Part shown: one piece after another, positions 36,415 to 45,605 of the stretch
Numbering within the stretch: position 1 is the first letter of the stretch
Layout: every line of letters begins with the position of its first letter
Virus record (IMG/VR): IMGVR_UViG_3300037127_000017
Location: 1-55,852 of that record
Reading direction: 5' to 3' (one strand)
Origin: a virus
Taxonomy: Duplodnaviria; Caudoviricetes
Length of the DNA stretch: 55,852 nucleotides
Notes under the pieces: generated by a model
What the model was told of the DNA's origin: nothing
The model's input: the letters and a program-made list of their open reading frames with translations, nothing else
Database searches by the model: none
Position numbers and translations under genes: made by a program

Positions 36415-38278
36415 ATAACAGTTCCTTTGCATTTAATAAACTATTTTGTACTGTTTTTATTATTTTCTCCATCTTTGAATACCATTTTATGTAATTGGCG
36501 CCCATAGAAATCAAATTATCATTATTTTTAATCAACTCTATTTCAAATGCTAGATGCACAGATTGAACAATATGCATCAATAATAATTGAAATGTTTCGT
36601 TGTATTTAACTGTAATGTCAATGCGATTTTTGACTATTTCATTGTATAATTCTCTTATTTGTTCTTCATCTTTCTTTAAATCTAATGTACTTAAAATTTT
36701 ATTTTTCTCTTCACAGATATTTTTTCCTTCTATGCATAAGTTTAATATTTCTTGTATATCATTTTCAGCTTTTAAAAGTTTTTCTTTAACCATTTGTTTT
36801 TCTTCTTCTTTAACTTCAAAGTCTTTTAAATTTTCTTTTATGATTTCAAGCGGTTTTTTCTCTTTATCTTTCATATATTTTGATATTGCATTTTGAAATG
36901 TGTCGATGTGAGTGCCTTGTATATATGCACCGCCCTCTGTTGCATTTATCGTTGTTCCATTAGGATTTTCAGCAATATCAACCTCATAAGCTTTTAAAAA
37001 TTCCCACCATCCTGAATTTGTTTTAACATTTTCTTTAACGTTCCCTTGTACGTGGAAAATATCTTCACCTGCACTTGAGAACGGAACATCACATGCATGA
37101 GTTTCGTCATTTTCGCCATATGCTAAATCTTGACCAATTAGTATTATAGGATCACAACCCAATTTTTGAGCTATTTTGTAAGCCATATTGGAAGATGATA
37201 ATTTGATATTCATCATTCCTTTGTCAATCCCAATCCATTTAAAATGATCAAATTTCCTATATACCATTATTTTAGGTCCGTTATAAGCCTTATAAACATG
37301 ATTAAAAAGGACTGGACAAGTTGTCATGTATACATCCTTAACTTCTTCTTCATCATGATTAGCAAAAAATTGTTCAACCGCATGTTCACGCTCTAAAGAT
37401 GTAACCATATGTGGCTTGATCCCATTATCCATCAACAAATGAAAGCTGGCGTCAACGCTAAATATCAACGCCTTGTCTTTTATATCTTTTAAAAGATGCA
37501 TATTCTTTTTCAATGACGGACCAGTTGCAACCACAACAGCAGGGTAACCCTTGAACTTATCATATAATTTATTTATTCCAGGATTTTCGACAATTTCATT
37601 CAAGTTATCTAGCATGTTTTCAACACCAATCAATGAATCGTCAGGATCGTTGCCGAAATTTTTCAAAGTTGACCAGTTTGCTTCAATTACTTTTGCATAT
37701 GCCATCTTATAATATTCTTTTCCTATACGCATTGCATATTGTGTTGTAAGTGGCTTCATTGCACCACCCAACAGCATTACTTCCATTCTATTCAGGAAAA
37801 ATTTCTTTAATTCTATTAATAATCTATTTGGATTATAGCCAACAAATAGATGCACTTTATCATTATTGATTATTGTTGATAAATCTATTGTATTCATTGC
37901 TGCTGTAAATGCTTGTATATCTTTTTCTATTACAATAACTTGATGCACATGTTTTTGTGGCCCATAAGTTTGAAGAAAATAGCCTAACTCATAACCAAGC
38001 CCAAGGCCTAGAAAAATAGGCAAACATATTTTTTTTATTTTTTTTAATTTTAGTGGTTTCCATTGTTTTTCACACCATTCATTAATTTTGCCAGTATACC
38101 AAGGTTCTTCAACGATATTGTGCTGTATATTTGCAACACAATTATCTATTTTAAAAATTGAATAATCCAGAATTTCTGTTTGTGCTACTCTTGTAGCTAG
38201 CTCTGGATATTTCAATGAAAGAGAAGTCATGTTTTTTTCAAATACTTCTCTTCTTTCTTGTCTATTTGTTTTACCCAT
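36395..38278 (-). CDS. maf: Maf (motility-associated factor; DUF115 / MptE-like) nonulosonate O-glycosyltransferase
   Basis: LGLGLGY, VIEKD, PAVVVATGPSLKKN, GIKPHMVTSLER, LGCDPIILIGQDLAY, TINATEGGAYIQG, C-terminal helical bundle. Confidence 0.9.
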   Translation of the reverse strand: MGKTNRQERREVFEKNMTSLSLKYPELATRVAQTEILDYSIFKIDNCVANIQHNIVEEPWYTGKINEWCEKQWKPLKLKKIKKICLPIFLGLGLGYELGYFLQTYGPQKHVHQVIVIEKDIQAFTAAMNTIDLSTIINNDKVHLFVGYNPNRLLIELKKFFLNRMEVMLLGGAMKPLTTQYAMRIGKEYYKMAYAKVIEANWSTLKNFGNDPDDSLIGVENMLDNLNEIVENPGINKLYDKFKGYPAVVVATGPSLKKNMHLLKDIKDKALIFSVDASFHLLMDNGIKPHMVTSLEREHAVEQFFANHDEEEVKDVYMTTCPVLFNHVYKAYNGPKIMVYRKFDHFKWIGIDKGMMNIKLSSSNMAYKIAQKLGCDPIILIGQDLAYGENDETHACDVPFSSAGEDIFHVQGNVKENVKTNSGWWEFLKAYEVDIAENPNGTTINATEGGAYIQGTHIDTFQNAISKYMKDKEKKPLEIIKENLKDFEVKEEEKQMVKEKLLKAENDIQEILNLCIEGKNICEEKNKILSTLDLKKDEEQIRELYNEIVKNRIDITVKYNETFQLLLMHIVQSVHLAFEIELIKNNDNLISMGANYIKWYSKMEKIIKTVQNSLLNAKELLYGNKES

Positions 38279-38280
38279 AT

Positions 38281-39141
38281 TTACTCCTTATATTTAATTA
38301 TTTCTTTTTTTATCTCCTCTACAGACATAAAATTATTATTATCTCCACTGTTTTTACCAATTTCTATTTCTTCATGTATTTTTTCGCCTTCTCTTAATCC
38401 AATAATTTTATATTCACAATCTAAAGCTTTAACTAAATCAATAATTCTAAATGATTTCATTGTATTCATATAAATTTTCCCAGCTTGCCAGTTGTAATTC
38501 ATGGAATGCCTTACAAGATCACAGGCTTTATCAATATCAATCCAATATCTTGTGCATTTTTCATGTGTGACAGGTAATCTTTGTACTCCTTTATCTTTAA
38601 GTTTTAAAAATAAAGGGATAACACTGCCATTGCTAAAAGCTACATTTCCATATCTAGCAATGCTAAAGCCTATATTGTCATCTGCTGCTAAATAATTAGC
38701 ATTTAAGAATATTTTTTCTGCCATCGCCTTGCTAATTCCATATGTATTTATAGGATTTACAGCTTTGTCTGTTGATATTAGCAAAGTTTTCTTTACTTTG
38801 TTCTTAATTGCACATTCAATAACATTTTCAGAACCGTTAATGTTCGTTTTTATAGCTTCTAGTGTATTATACTCGCATGCATCTATACACTTAATCGCCG
38901 CAGCGTGGATAACTTCATCGACACCTTTCATAGCAATGTTTAATCTTTCTTTATCTCTTACATCGCCGATAAAATAACGCATAAAACTAGGATTCCCTAG
39001 GGAATCCTTCAATTGTTTTTGTTTTTGCCAGTCTCGGCTATATACTATAATTTTATGATTTACAGACCACTTATTAATTAACTGATTTATATAAGCTGTT
39101 CCAAAGGTGCCAGTAGCTCCTGTTATTAATAAACTTTTCAT
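38281..39141 (-). CDS. pseB: UDP-GlcNAc 4,6-dehydratase (PseB/FlaA1-like)
   Basis: TGATGTFG, YSRD..KQ, FIGDVRD, HAAAIK, STDKAVNPINTYGISK, RYGNV..SNGSVIP, GLREGEKIHE. Confidence 0.88.
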   Translation of the reverse strand: MKSLLITGATGTFGTAYINQLINKWSVNHKIIVYSRDWQKQKQLKDSLGNPSFMRYFIGDVRDKERLNIAMKGVDEVIHAAAIKCIDACEYNTLEAIKTNINGSENVIECAIKNKVKKTLLISTDKAVNPINTYGISKAMAEKIFLNANYLAADDNIGFSIARYGNVAFSNGSVIPLFLKLKDKGVQRLPVTHEKCTRYWIDIDKACDLVRHSMNYNWQAGKIYMNTMKSFRIIDLVKALDCEYKIIGLREGEKIHEEIEIGKNSGDNNNFMSVEEIKKEIIKYKE

Positions 39142-39156
39142 AATTTCCTCTACATA

Positions 39157-39258
39157 TTAATTATTTTTTTTCTTTTCTTCTTCTTTTGGTTTTTTGGCTA
39201 TTAATGCCACAAAAAATATCATCAAAAGATAGAAGAAAAATATCCAAAAAATTATCAT
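39157..39258 (-). CDS. Small TM peptide (33 aa)
   Basis: MIIFWIFFFYLLMIFFVALIAKKPKEEEKKKNN. Confidence 0.4.
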   Translation of the reverse strand: MIIFWIFFFYLLMIFFVALIAKKPKEEEKKKNN

Positions 39259-39402
39259 TTTACGCGCATAACTTTTATAAATTCTGGAGTAGCTTTTGGA
39301 TATATATTTCCACAATAAATTTTATGATCTTCGCAAGATACATACTCGCTTAAATCTTTGCATTTTTTACATTTTATTGCCCTATTTAAACAATCACCTT
39401 TT

Positions 39403-40083
39403 TTACACTTCATCACAACCACCCCTAAAATATTCGATTATTTGTTCTGGTGTTCTTGCAAATTCGCCAGCATCCAATCCTGTACTGTCGCTTAGTTTGA
39501 AATGCCATTCTATAAAATCTGGTTGATAATTTTTGTATAATCCAAAATTAATAGTATGATCTGATATTCCATAACCATAATTTATAAAAGAATGTAGGTC
39601 ATCACTTCCACCAAATTTTATTTCGTAATCTGCTCCAGTAGCTGGGTATTTGCTTATACATAATAATTTTACAGCATTATTAAGATGCTGATACTGTTTT
39701 ATTTCTTCAATATTATCTAAACTGATATAAATTGGTAAACCACGCGGGATGTAATCAATTAAAGCTTTAGCTTTTTTGTTATTAGCTATTTTTACAAAAG
39801 GTATGTCATATTCCATCAAAAACATAAGTGATTCTTTGTCAAAAACACTAGCAGTTGTTTTTAATTTATTGTTGTATGCATATGTGTAGGCTTTATCGAA
39901 AAGATTTTGAGAAAGTGGTTTATTGTCACCAGCTTCTTTAAAAAGTTGATGTTTTATGATTATTTCGTAGTTTTTGAGCTCTTTTTGTATGTTTTTACAA
40001 GCTGTTATCATTTTTTTACAATATTCCCACCTGTTTTTATGTGTATTTCCACTGCCTAAATCAAGAATGATTTGTTTTTTCAT
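39403..40083 (-). CDS. Compact NeuB/PseI-like nonulosonic acid synthase (no C-terminal SAF domain)
   Basis: KHQLF, ASVFD, VKIA, LLCISKYPA, GISDHT, IEWHFKL. Confidence 0.8.
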   Translation of the reverse strand: MKKQIILDLGSGNTHKNRWEYCKKMITACKNIQKELKNYEIIIKHQLFKEAGDNKPLSQNLFDKAYTYAYNNKLKTTASVFDKESLMFLMEYDIPFVKIANNKKAKALIDYIPRGLPIYISLDNIEEIKQYQHLNNAVKLLCISKYPATGADYEIKFGGSDDLHSFINYGYGISDHTINFGLYKNYQPDFIEWHFKLSDSTGLDAGEFARTPEQIIEYFRGGCDEV

Positions 40084-40230
40084 TTTCTACCTCCTTAAAT
40101 AATAAAAAGACCACTTAGGTCTTTTTAGAAAGAGGGAAATTACAATAGTTTACATAAAACTCCCATTGTAAATAATTATACCCTATTTCTTTTTAAAATG
40201 CAAATTTATTCATTTTTATTAATTTTAGTT

Positions 40231-40438
40231 AAAAAAAATAGCAGATAAAATGTGTTATGACACCAAAAGCACTGAGACGGTCATATAGGTCATTGACATT
40301 CCGTTAAGCTTTTCACCACTAAGACATCTACCTATACCTGTTCTAGCATTAAAGCTACCTTATGCATTCATGTAAGGCCTGTTGTGCTACTCCTTAGATG
40401 ATGGCTACCTCTAAGCCAACATTTTTTATCTGCTATTT
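40231..40438 (-). ncRNA. Putative structured ncRNA mimicking the 23S rRNA uL11-binding domain (H43/H44) with a ~120-nt insertion
   Basis: - strand ATGTTGGCTTAGAGGTAGCCATCATCTAAGGAG...GTGTCATAACACA, enclosed by a 15-bp stem AAATAGCAGATAAAA/TTTTATCTGCTATTT ending in a T run. Confidence 0.75.
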
Positions 40439-40461
40439 ATTAATGGCATTACTATGTGATA

Positions 40462-40854
40462 TTACTTTGAATATGTTCCTAGAACATTTCTTTTTTGTCT
40501 GTTTAATGTTCTTTTTCTTAACCACATTAAAGCTTCTTCTAATTTTGTTATAGCTACAGCGTTTTCTCTGCAACTAAAATCACTATTTTGAAAATGTTCT
40601 AATCTATCAATTACTATTCCTATTAAATCTTCATTAAAAACTCCATTTAATCCACTTTCTTTTAAAGGACCTTCTTGGAAATGTATACTTCCAAGAATTA
40701 TATCATGAGCGCTTTTTATAAAATACTTATGTGGTGAATTGAAAGTGATTTCATCACTTTCAATATATGTATAATCTGTTGTTAATAAGTCATTATCCAC
40801 TTTTTTTAATTCTCCATTATAATTTTTCATATTAACTCCTTTATAATTTTTCAT
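40462..40854 (-). CDS. tad1: Tad1-like anti-Thoeris / anti-CBASS nucleotide sponge
   Basis: H.Y.I, IHFQEGP.KE.G.NGV..EDL..IV.DRL..FQ...FSCRENA.A.T.LEEALMWL.KR...R..RNVLGT, matching my recollection of the Tad1 family. Confidence 0.85.
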   Translation of the reverse strand: MKNYKGVNMKNYNGELKKVDNDLLTTDYTYIESDEITFNSPHKYFIKSAHDIILGSIHFQEGPLKESGLNGVFNEDLIGIVIDRLEHFQNSDFSCRENAVAITKLEEALMWLRKRTLNRQKRNVLGTYSK

Positions 40855-40864
40855 ATTAACTCCT
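40817..40864. repeat. Perfect 24-bp tandem duplication of the RBS and start codon of tad1
   Basis: TTATAATTTTTCATATTAACTCCT x2. Confidence 0.9.
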
Positions 40865-40995
40865 TATTCGTCCTTGATCTCCTACGATTCTTCTTAAAGA
40901 GTTTATGTATCGTCATACATTCTTTTTTTAAGCTGTTTTAACCTTATAAGCTACATGCCATATATTTATATTATACCATATAATTCAAGATCAAT

Positions 40996-41520
40996 TCAAC
41001 TAAACTCCTCTCTTAAAAAATAATAGAAGCTATTCATCATATATTTTGCAATGTATTCTTTTTTTATAAAAGCAATATGTATATTGTATCTATGCTGATA
41101 AGTTAATATAGAAGCAAAATAAGACTTTTTATTAAATTGTGTATTATAATTTCCTGTTATTATATCATTCAGATTAGAATTTTCTACTAATAATATAAAT
41201 TTACAATCCTTTTTTCTCAATAACTCATTTTCAAACTGAATTCTATTTTGAGCTAAATTATTACTTAATTCTTCTAAACTGTTTTTTCTTTCAATGACTA
41301 TTTGATTAGAAAAATACAAATCCCTATTAAAAGTTAGTTCATTTGCTTTTATATAAAAGCTGTAATCACCATAGTCAAGTTTTTTGTTTTTATATTCTAT
41401 TTTCTTTTTTTCTAAAAAATCAATTATGTGATTATTTTTTTGTTCTCTCGTGTCAATTAATACAACTAGATTTTTAAATATATTATCTATTTCTTCTTTA
41501 TTAAAATTAAGTATCTTCAT
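40996..41520 (-). CDS. ERCC4/XPF-family nuclease
   Basis: LIDTREQ, LDYGDYS, IERKNSLEEL. Confidence 0.9.
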   Translation of the reverse strand: MKILNFNKEEIDNIFKNLVVLIDTREQKNNHIIDFLEKKKIEYKNKKLDYGDYSFYIKANELTFNRDLYFSNQIVIERKNSLEELSNNLAQNRIQFENELLRKKDCKFILLVENSNLNDIITGNYNTQFNKKSYFASILTYQHRYNIHIAFIKKEYIAKYMMNSFYYFLREEFS

Positions 41521-42031
41521 AATACCACCTTTTAAACGCCTCAGCATCGATTGAAAAATAGATTGAATCGTAACATTCGCCTAAGAAAAATTTTCTTTGT
41601 GGCAATATAGTTACATACATCTCATATTTTTGTATTATTTTGTACCAAAAATCCACAGCTTTGCTACAAAGATAAGTTTCTCCGTAGATATTAAGTAATC
41701 CCATATTATTAAAACCATGCTCTAGTAATTCATGCACCGCTCTGGTCCCATGTCCTAAATGTTGATATTTTTTTCTAATAAATAATGATATTTCAGCCAG
41801 ACCATTTTCCCATTCGATATTAGTTATGCCACCCATTCCAATTAATTCATTTTTCATCTTTATTGCAAAATATCTATGATTTGAATTTCTATTACAAACA
41901 ACATTATTATAAAAATCTTCTTGCATTTCTCTTGTTAAAAAAAAAGAAGTCCTTAACCCACTTATATCATTATTCCGTTCTTGCCTTATTATTTCACAAG
42001 CTTCTTTAGTTAATGCATCTAATCTCAGCAC
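41507..42031 (-). CDS. GNAT N-acetyltransferase (PseH / RimJ-like)
   Basis: IRQERN, IGMGGITNIEW.NG.AEISLFI...YQHLGHG..A...LL.HGF. Confidence 0.8.
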   Translation of the reverse strand: MLRLDALTKEACEIIRQERNNDISGLRTSFFLTREMQEDFYNNVVCNRNSNHRYFAIKMKNELIGMGGITNIEWENGLAEISLFIRKKYQHLGHGTRAVHELLEHGFNNMGLLNIYGETYLCSKAVDFWYKIIQKYEMYVTILPQRKFFLGECYDSIYFSIDAEAFKRWYYEDT

Positions 42032-42043
42032 TGAATCGCCTCC

Positions 42044-42541
42044 CTATATATCTCGCCATCTTACATTGCCTAATATCTTTATCCTATAATTTTCAAACAT
42101 AGTTTTCAAAACTTTATTAATTCTTTGTCCTTTGCAAAACAGCCATGGGTTAATAAAATATTGTCTCCCATGACTATTTTTCCCCTTATACAATATATCT
42201 TTCTTTATCAATAAATTAATCGTCTCATAACAAACACTCCGACTTAAACCTGTTAACCTTGGAAAATCCTCTGTATTAATCTGCTTATTATTCAAAAACT
42301 TTAAACAACAATCATTATATCCAATATACGGAATTATAGAAAATAAAAAAGCCTTTTCATTCGTGCTAAGACTAGACATCAATTTCACTATTTCCTTTAT
42401 ATGGCCCTTGAAAAATGATTCCAAATTCCATACATCTGTATTTTTTAAATATTCCGTTGACTTTTTTCTAATAATCTTATCGCCACCGTTTATTTCGTCG
42501 ATTATTTCCCCATCCTGGTCTATTATATATTTTTTTGTCAA
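42044..42541 (-). CDS. RepL-like plasmid replication / maintenance HTH protein
   Basis: TTG start after GGAGG; IIDQDGEI, LTGLSRSVCYETINLLIKKDIL, YFINPWLFCKG. Confidence 0.7.
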   Translation of the reverse strand: MTKKYIIDQDGEIIDEINGGDKIIRKKSTEYLKNTDVWNLESFFKGHIKEIVKLMSSLSTNEKAFLFSIIPYIGYNDCCLKFLNNKQINTEDFPRLTGLSRSVCYETINLLIKKDILYKGKNSHGRQYFINPWLFCKGQRINKVLKTMFENYRIKILGNVRWRDI

Positions 42542-42557
42542 AATATACCTCCTTTGG

Positions 42558-42611
42558 AAAATCCGCCCCCGCGGACATAAACCCCCCAAAAAATCCGCCC
42601 CCACGGACATA
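42558..42611. repeat. Two 22-bp GC-rich direct repeats (iteron-like), 32-bp period
   Basis: AAAATCCGCCCCC(G/A)CGGACATA at 42558-42579 and 42590-42611; internal TCCG-N6-CGGA palindrome. Confidence 0.85.
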
Positions 42612-42697
42612 GGAAAAAGCCCGCTATCCATTGATATAACAGGTCTAGAGTACGTTTTTTTTGGATTTGGCCCCTCTTTTCTTATAACTCTAAATGC

Positions 42698-42865
42698 TTA
42701 ATAGGATTTCAAAAAAGAAAAAACCTTATTCGGTCCTTGCTTCGAAGCCTCTAAAAGACCGCGCTCAAACCTAAAATAATCTAACCTTGTATCATTTATG
42801 CCCTTAACCGCATAGTACTCAATTATCTCGTTTAATGCTTCCTCATATTCTCTATAACTACCCAT
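42698..42865 (-). CDS. Hypothetical protein (55 aa)
   Basis: GGGTGG RBS; MGSYREYEEALNEIIEYY... Confidence 0.5.
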   Translation of the reverse strand: MGSYREYEEALNEIIEYYAVKGINDTRLDYFRFERGLLEASKQGPNKVFSFLKSY

Positions 42866-43365
42866 TATTTACCCACCCCACATTTATAAAAATAATAATC
42901 CCAAACATATAACTATTATACAAAGAAATATCATTAATCCTATCTCCATTTTATTACTCCTTTTTATTTTGACGGAAATTTTTAAGTAGGTTACTGCCGC
43001 CCCTCGTCCGTTTATTTAGGACGTCAACACTCCCGCCCCTCTCCCCACTGGAAGCCATTCCAATAACTTACAACAGCTATATCCAGATGTTAGTATTCTT
43101 ATTAGACAAAATAAAATTTTTGTCTCATTAGAATTATTATAATATCTTCTATATGCATTGATACAACAAGGCTGTGTCGATATGCTTATTATATCTATTA
43201 TAATTGGAAAATACAATGGCTGATTTGCTTCCAACTATGTTTTTTAATGTAAATATTACTATGATTTATAACTGGAAATTGATATTGTTATTGGTTTCCA
43301 GTACTTGATTAATCTTTTAATTTCGCTTATAGTGTTGCGATGGTTTGTATGTACAATATTATTCT

Positions 43366-43611
43366 TTATTCTTTATTCTTATTATTCTTTATTATTATTA
43401 ATAATGAGATAATAAAATGAATTACAATATTCATGATAAACAGTTCTGGTATAAGTACAATTGATACGAAGGTTACGAGTGCGGTGAATGGGCAAGTTCG
43501 GCATGCATGGAATAAATCGATTACCACTCCCCTATCTAGTTTATAGCAAAAATACAGTGCAGATGCTGTGAGAAAATATGCCAGAATATGTATGCTTAAT
43601 AATATGAACAT
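43366..43611 (-). CDS. Small membrane protein (81 aa)
   Basis: AAGGAGG RBS before ATG 43611; hydrophobic segments. Confidence 0.6.
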   Translation of the reverse strand: MFILLSIHILAYFLTASALYFCYKLDRGVVIDLFHACRTCPFTALVTFVSIVLIPELFIMNIVIHFIISLLIIIKNNKNKE

Positions 43612-43679
43612 GGTCCCTCCTTTTTGTGTGAATTTTTTTGAGTATGATGTGGATGATTTTTGATGATATACCCCCCTGG

Positions 43680-44195
43680 TTAATCGGTTGTATCTTCTTC
43701 TATTTGTTTGGTTTCTGGTACAGATTCTTCGAGTTCTATTGCTTCTGCTTTGAGTTTTTGGAGTCTGGTACGTTCTAGTGACTCCTTGATTTCTTCGGCG
43801 GATAGTTGTTGTTTTTCTGATACATGAGTGATAGTCTGATTTTGGGCGAAGTATTTTGGTTGAGTACGTTCGAGCCACCAGGCTGATGCTGTCCAGTGTT
43901 TTTTGTCCTTGGCTGCTGTTTGAATATTTTGGACATTTCTCATAATTGCTTCTGATTCGGCAGCTTCTATTTTGTTCACGAGATCGACGCAACATTCTTC
44001 GAAGTCGGTTATTTCCTGGTTATTTTCTAGCTTCTCTTTTGCTTGATGTCCTATTTTTTTCCATTCATAGAATCTTTCATTTGATACGTTCACGTATTTG
44101 CATGCATGCCTTACATAGTTCCCGTTCCTGATTAACGTTGCGAGTTCATCGACAATTTGTGGAGTTAATTTTCTATTTGCATTCATTCTTACCAC
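43680..44195 (-). CDS. terS: Putative terminase small subunit (HTH)
   Basis: KLTPQIVDEL..LIRNGNY...AC......FYEW, AE...V..I..AA...W.A.AW.LER. Confidence 0.7.
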   Translation of the reverse strand: MVRMNANRKLTPQIVDELATLIRNGNYVRHACKYVNVSNERFYEWKKIGHQAKEKLENNQEITDFEECCVDLVNKIEAAESEAIMRNVQNIQTAAKDKKHWTASAWWLERTQPKYFAQNQTITHVSEKQQLSAEEIKESLERTRLQKLKAEAIELEESVPETKQIEEDTTD

Positions 44196-44197
44196 CT

Positions 44198-44344
44198 CTA
44201 TTTATGAAAATAATTTATTTTGTCCTTTAGCTCATTTATTCTTTTGTTGTCCTGATCTTTGATATTTTCCTTTATTAATTTTAATAGGATTTCTTTATCC
44301 TTTTTAGTAAACAACATTTGTTCATCTATTCCTTTGCAACTCAT
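44198..44344 (-). CDS. Small hypothetical protein (48 aa)
   Basis: AAGGAG RBS; MSCKGIDEQMLFTKKDKE... Confidence 0.5.
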   Translation of the reverse strand: MSCKGIDEQMLFTKKDKEILLKLIKENIKDQDNKRINELKDKINYFHK

Positions 44345-44345
44345 T

Positions 44346-45515
44346 TTAATTCTCCTTAACAGCTTTTTTATTTGTGTATTCTTCCCATCTTTTTATTATT
44401 ACATCGCAGTATTTTGGATCAAGCTCCATCATATAACAATTACGATTAAGGTTTTCGCATGCTATTAACGTTGATCCTGATCCACCGAACAGGTCTAAAA
44501 TATTATTGTTGGTTAATGATGCATGATCTAATGCTGTTTCTACAAGTTCTATTGGTTTCATTGTTGGATGAAGTTTACTATTTTTGGGCCTATCTATTTT
44601 CCAAATATTTGTCAAGTTTCGGTCATTTGAAAATAGTTTCCCTTTCTTTGACCACCCAAACCACAATGGCTCATACCCATTCTGATATTTTCCTCTTCCC
44701 ATAGAGAAGTTATCTTTTTCCCATATAATTGTAGTGCTACAATTCATTATATTGTCGGCTTCCATAAACATAATTCTACCGGGTGGGCCTGGTGGTCCTG
44801 CCATATAAATGCAACCATCTACATATTCACTTAATATTCTGATAAATTTATTACAAAAAACTTTGAAATCGTTCTTACTCATGTTGTCATTCTCGATTTC
44901 TCTTTGCTTAAATTTAGGATGTTTTATATTGCCATAATTAATATTATACGGCGGATCAGTAAAAGACATTTGAATTTTATTCCCGTTTAACAACTTCTTT
45001 ACATCGTTTTCATTGGTGCTGTCTCCACACATAAGCCTATGATTACCTAATATAAAAATATCACCCTTTTGGCTTGTTGGTTCTTCGATCTCATCTACTT
45101 CTTTTGATAAATCGAAGTCATCTGCATCCTTTTCTTGTTTAAATTCTAGTGGTTCGAATCCAAATGGCTTCATATCAAAGTCAAGTTCTGTTAATTCATA
45201 TAGTTCTAATTTCAGCTTTTCATTATCCCATTCACTGAAATCTGCTGTTTTATTGTCTGCCAATCTGTATGCTTTTACTTGTTCTTTTGTTAAATCATTG
45301 GCTCTCAATATTGGGATTTCTTTTAAGTCTAGCTTTTTGCTTGCTTTGTACCGAGTATGGCCACATATAATTACATTATCTTTGTCAACAACGATAGGCT
45401 GTTTAAATCCAAATTGTGATATACTTTCTGCTACTTTATCAATTGCTTTGTGATTAAACCTTGCATTTTGTTTATAAGGTTTAATTTTATCAATTTTCAT
45501 GTATTCTATTTTCAT
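44346..45515 (-). CDS. ParB-N domain fused to N6/N4 DNA methyltransferase
   Basis: IKPYKQNAR, FGFKQPIVVD, GHTR, YRLADNK; TDPPY, HPTMKP, DLFGGSGSTL. Confidence 0.93.
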   Translation of the reverse strand: MKIEYMKIDKIKPYKQNARFNHKAIDKVAESISQFGFKQPIVVDKDNVIICGHTRYKASKKLDLKEIPILRANDLTKEQVKAYRLADNKTADFSEWDNEKLKLELYELTELDFDMKPFGFEPLEFKQEKDADDFDLSKEVDEIEEPTSQKGDIFILGNHRLMCGDSTNENDVKKLLNGNKIQMSFTDPPYNINYGNIKHPKFKQREIENDNMSKNDFKVFCNKFIRILSEYVDGCIYMAGPPGPPGRIMFMEADNIMNCSTTIIWEKDNFSMGRGKYQNGYEPLWFGWSKKGKLFSNDRNLTNIWKIDRPKNSKLHPTMKPIELVETALDHASLTNNNILDLFGGSGSTLIACENLNRNCYMMELDPKYCDVIIKRWEEYTNKKAVKEN

Positions 45516-45605
45516 CTTATTTATCCTTTTATCATATAGTTTTTTTATATAAAAAAAAGATGCTACTTTTGCAACATCTTTTATAAAATATCTTTTAAGT
45601 TCAAC

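Noticed and set aside
39259-39413. Cys-rich micro-ORF (MKCKKGDCLNRAIKCKKC...)
   Set aside because: Only 29 codons with no independent support; may be a remnant
40385-40425. rRNA gene or contaminating 23S fragment
   Set aside because: Similarity covers only H43/H44, is split by a structured insert and shows compensatory changes; there is no flanking rRNA sequence. Treated as a mimic, not an rRNA gene
42542-42631. N-terminal extension of the RepL-like ORF
   Set aside because: It runs through the iteron repeats; GGAGG precedes TTG at 42541
43612-43995. N-terminal extension of the 209-aa ORF 43366..43995
   Set aside because: It overlaps terS in another frame; a strong RBS supports a start at 43611
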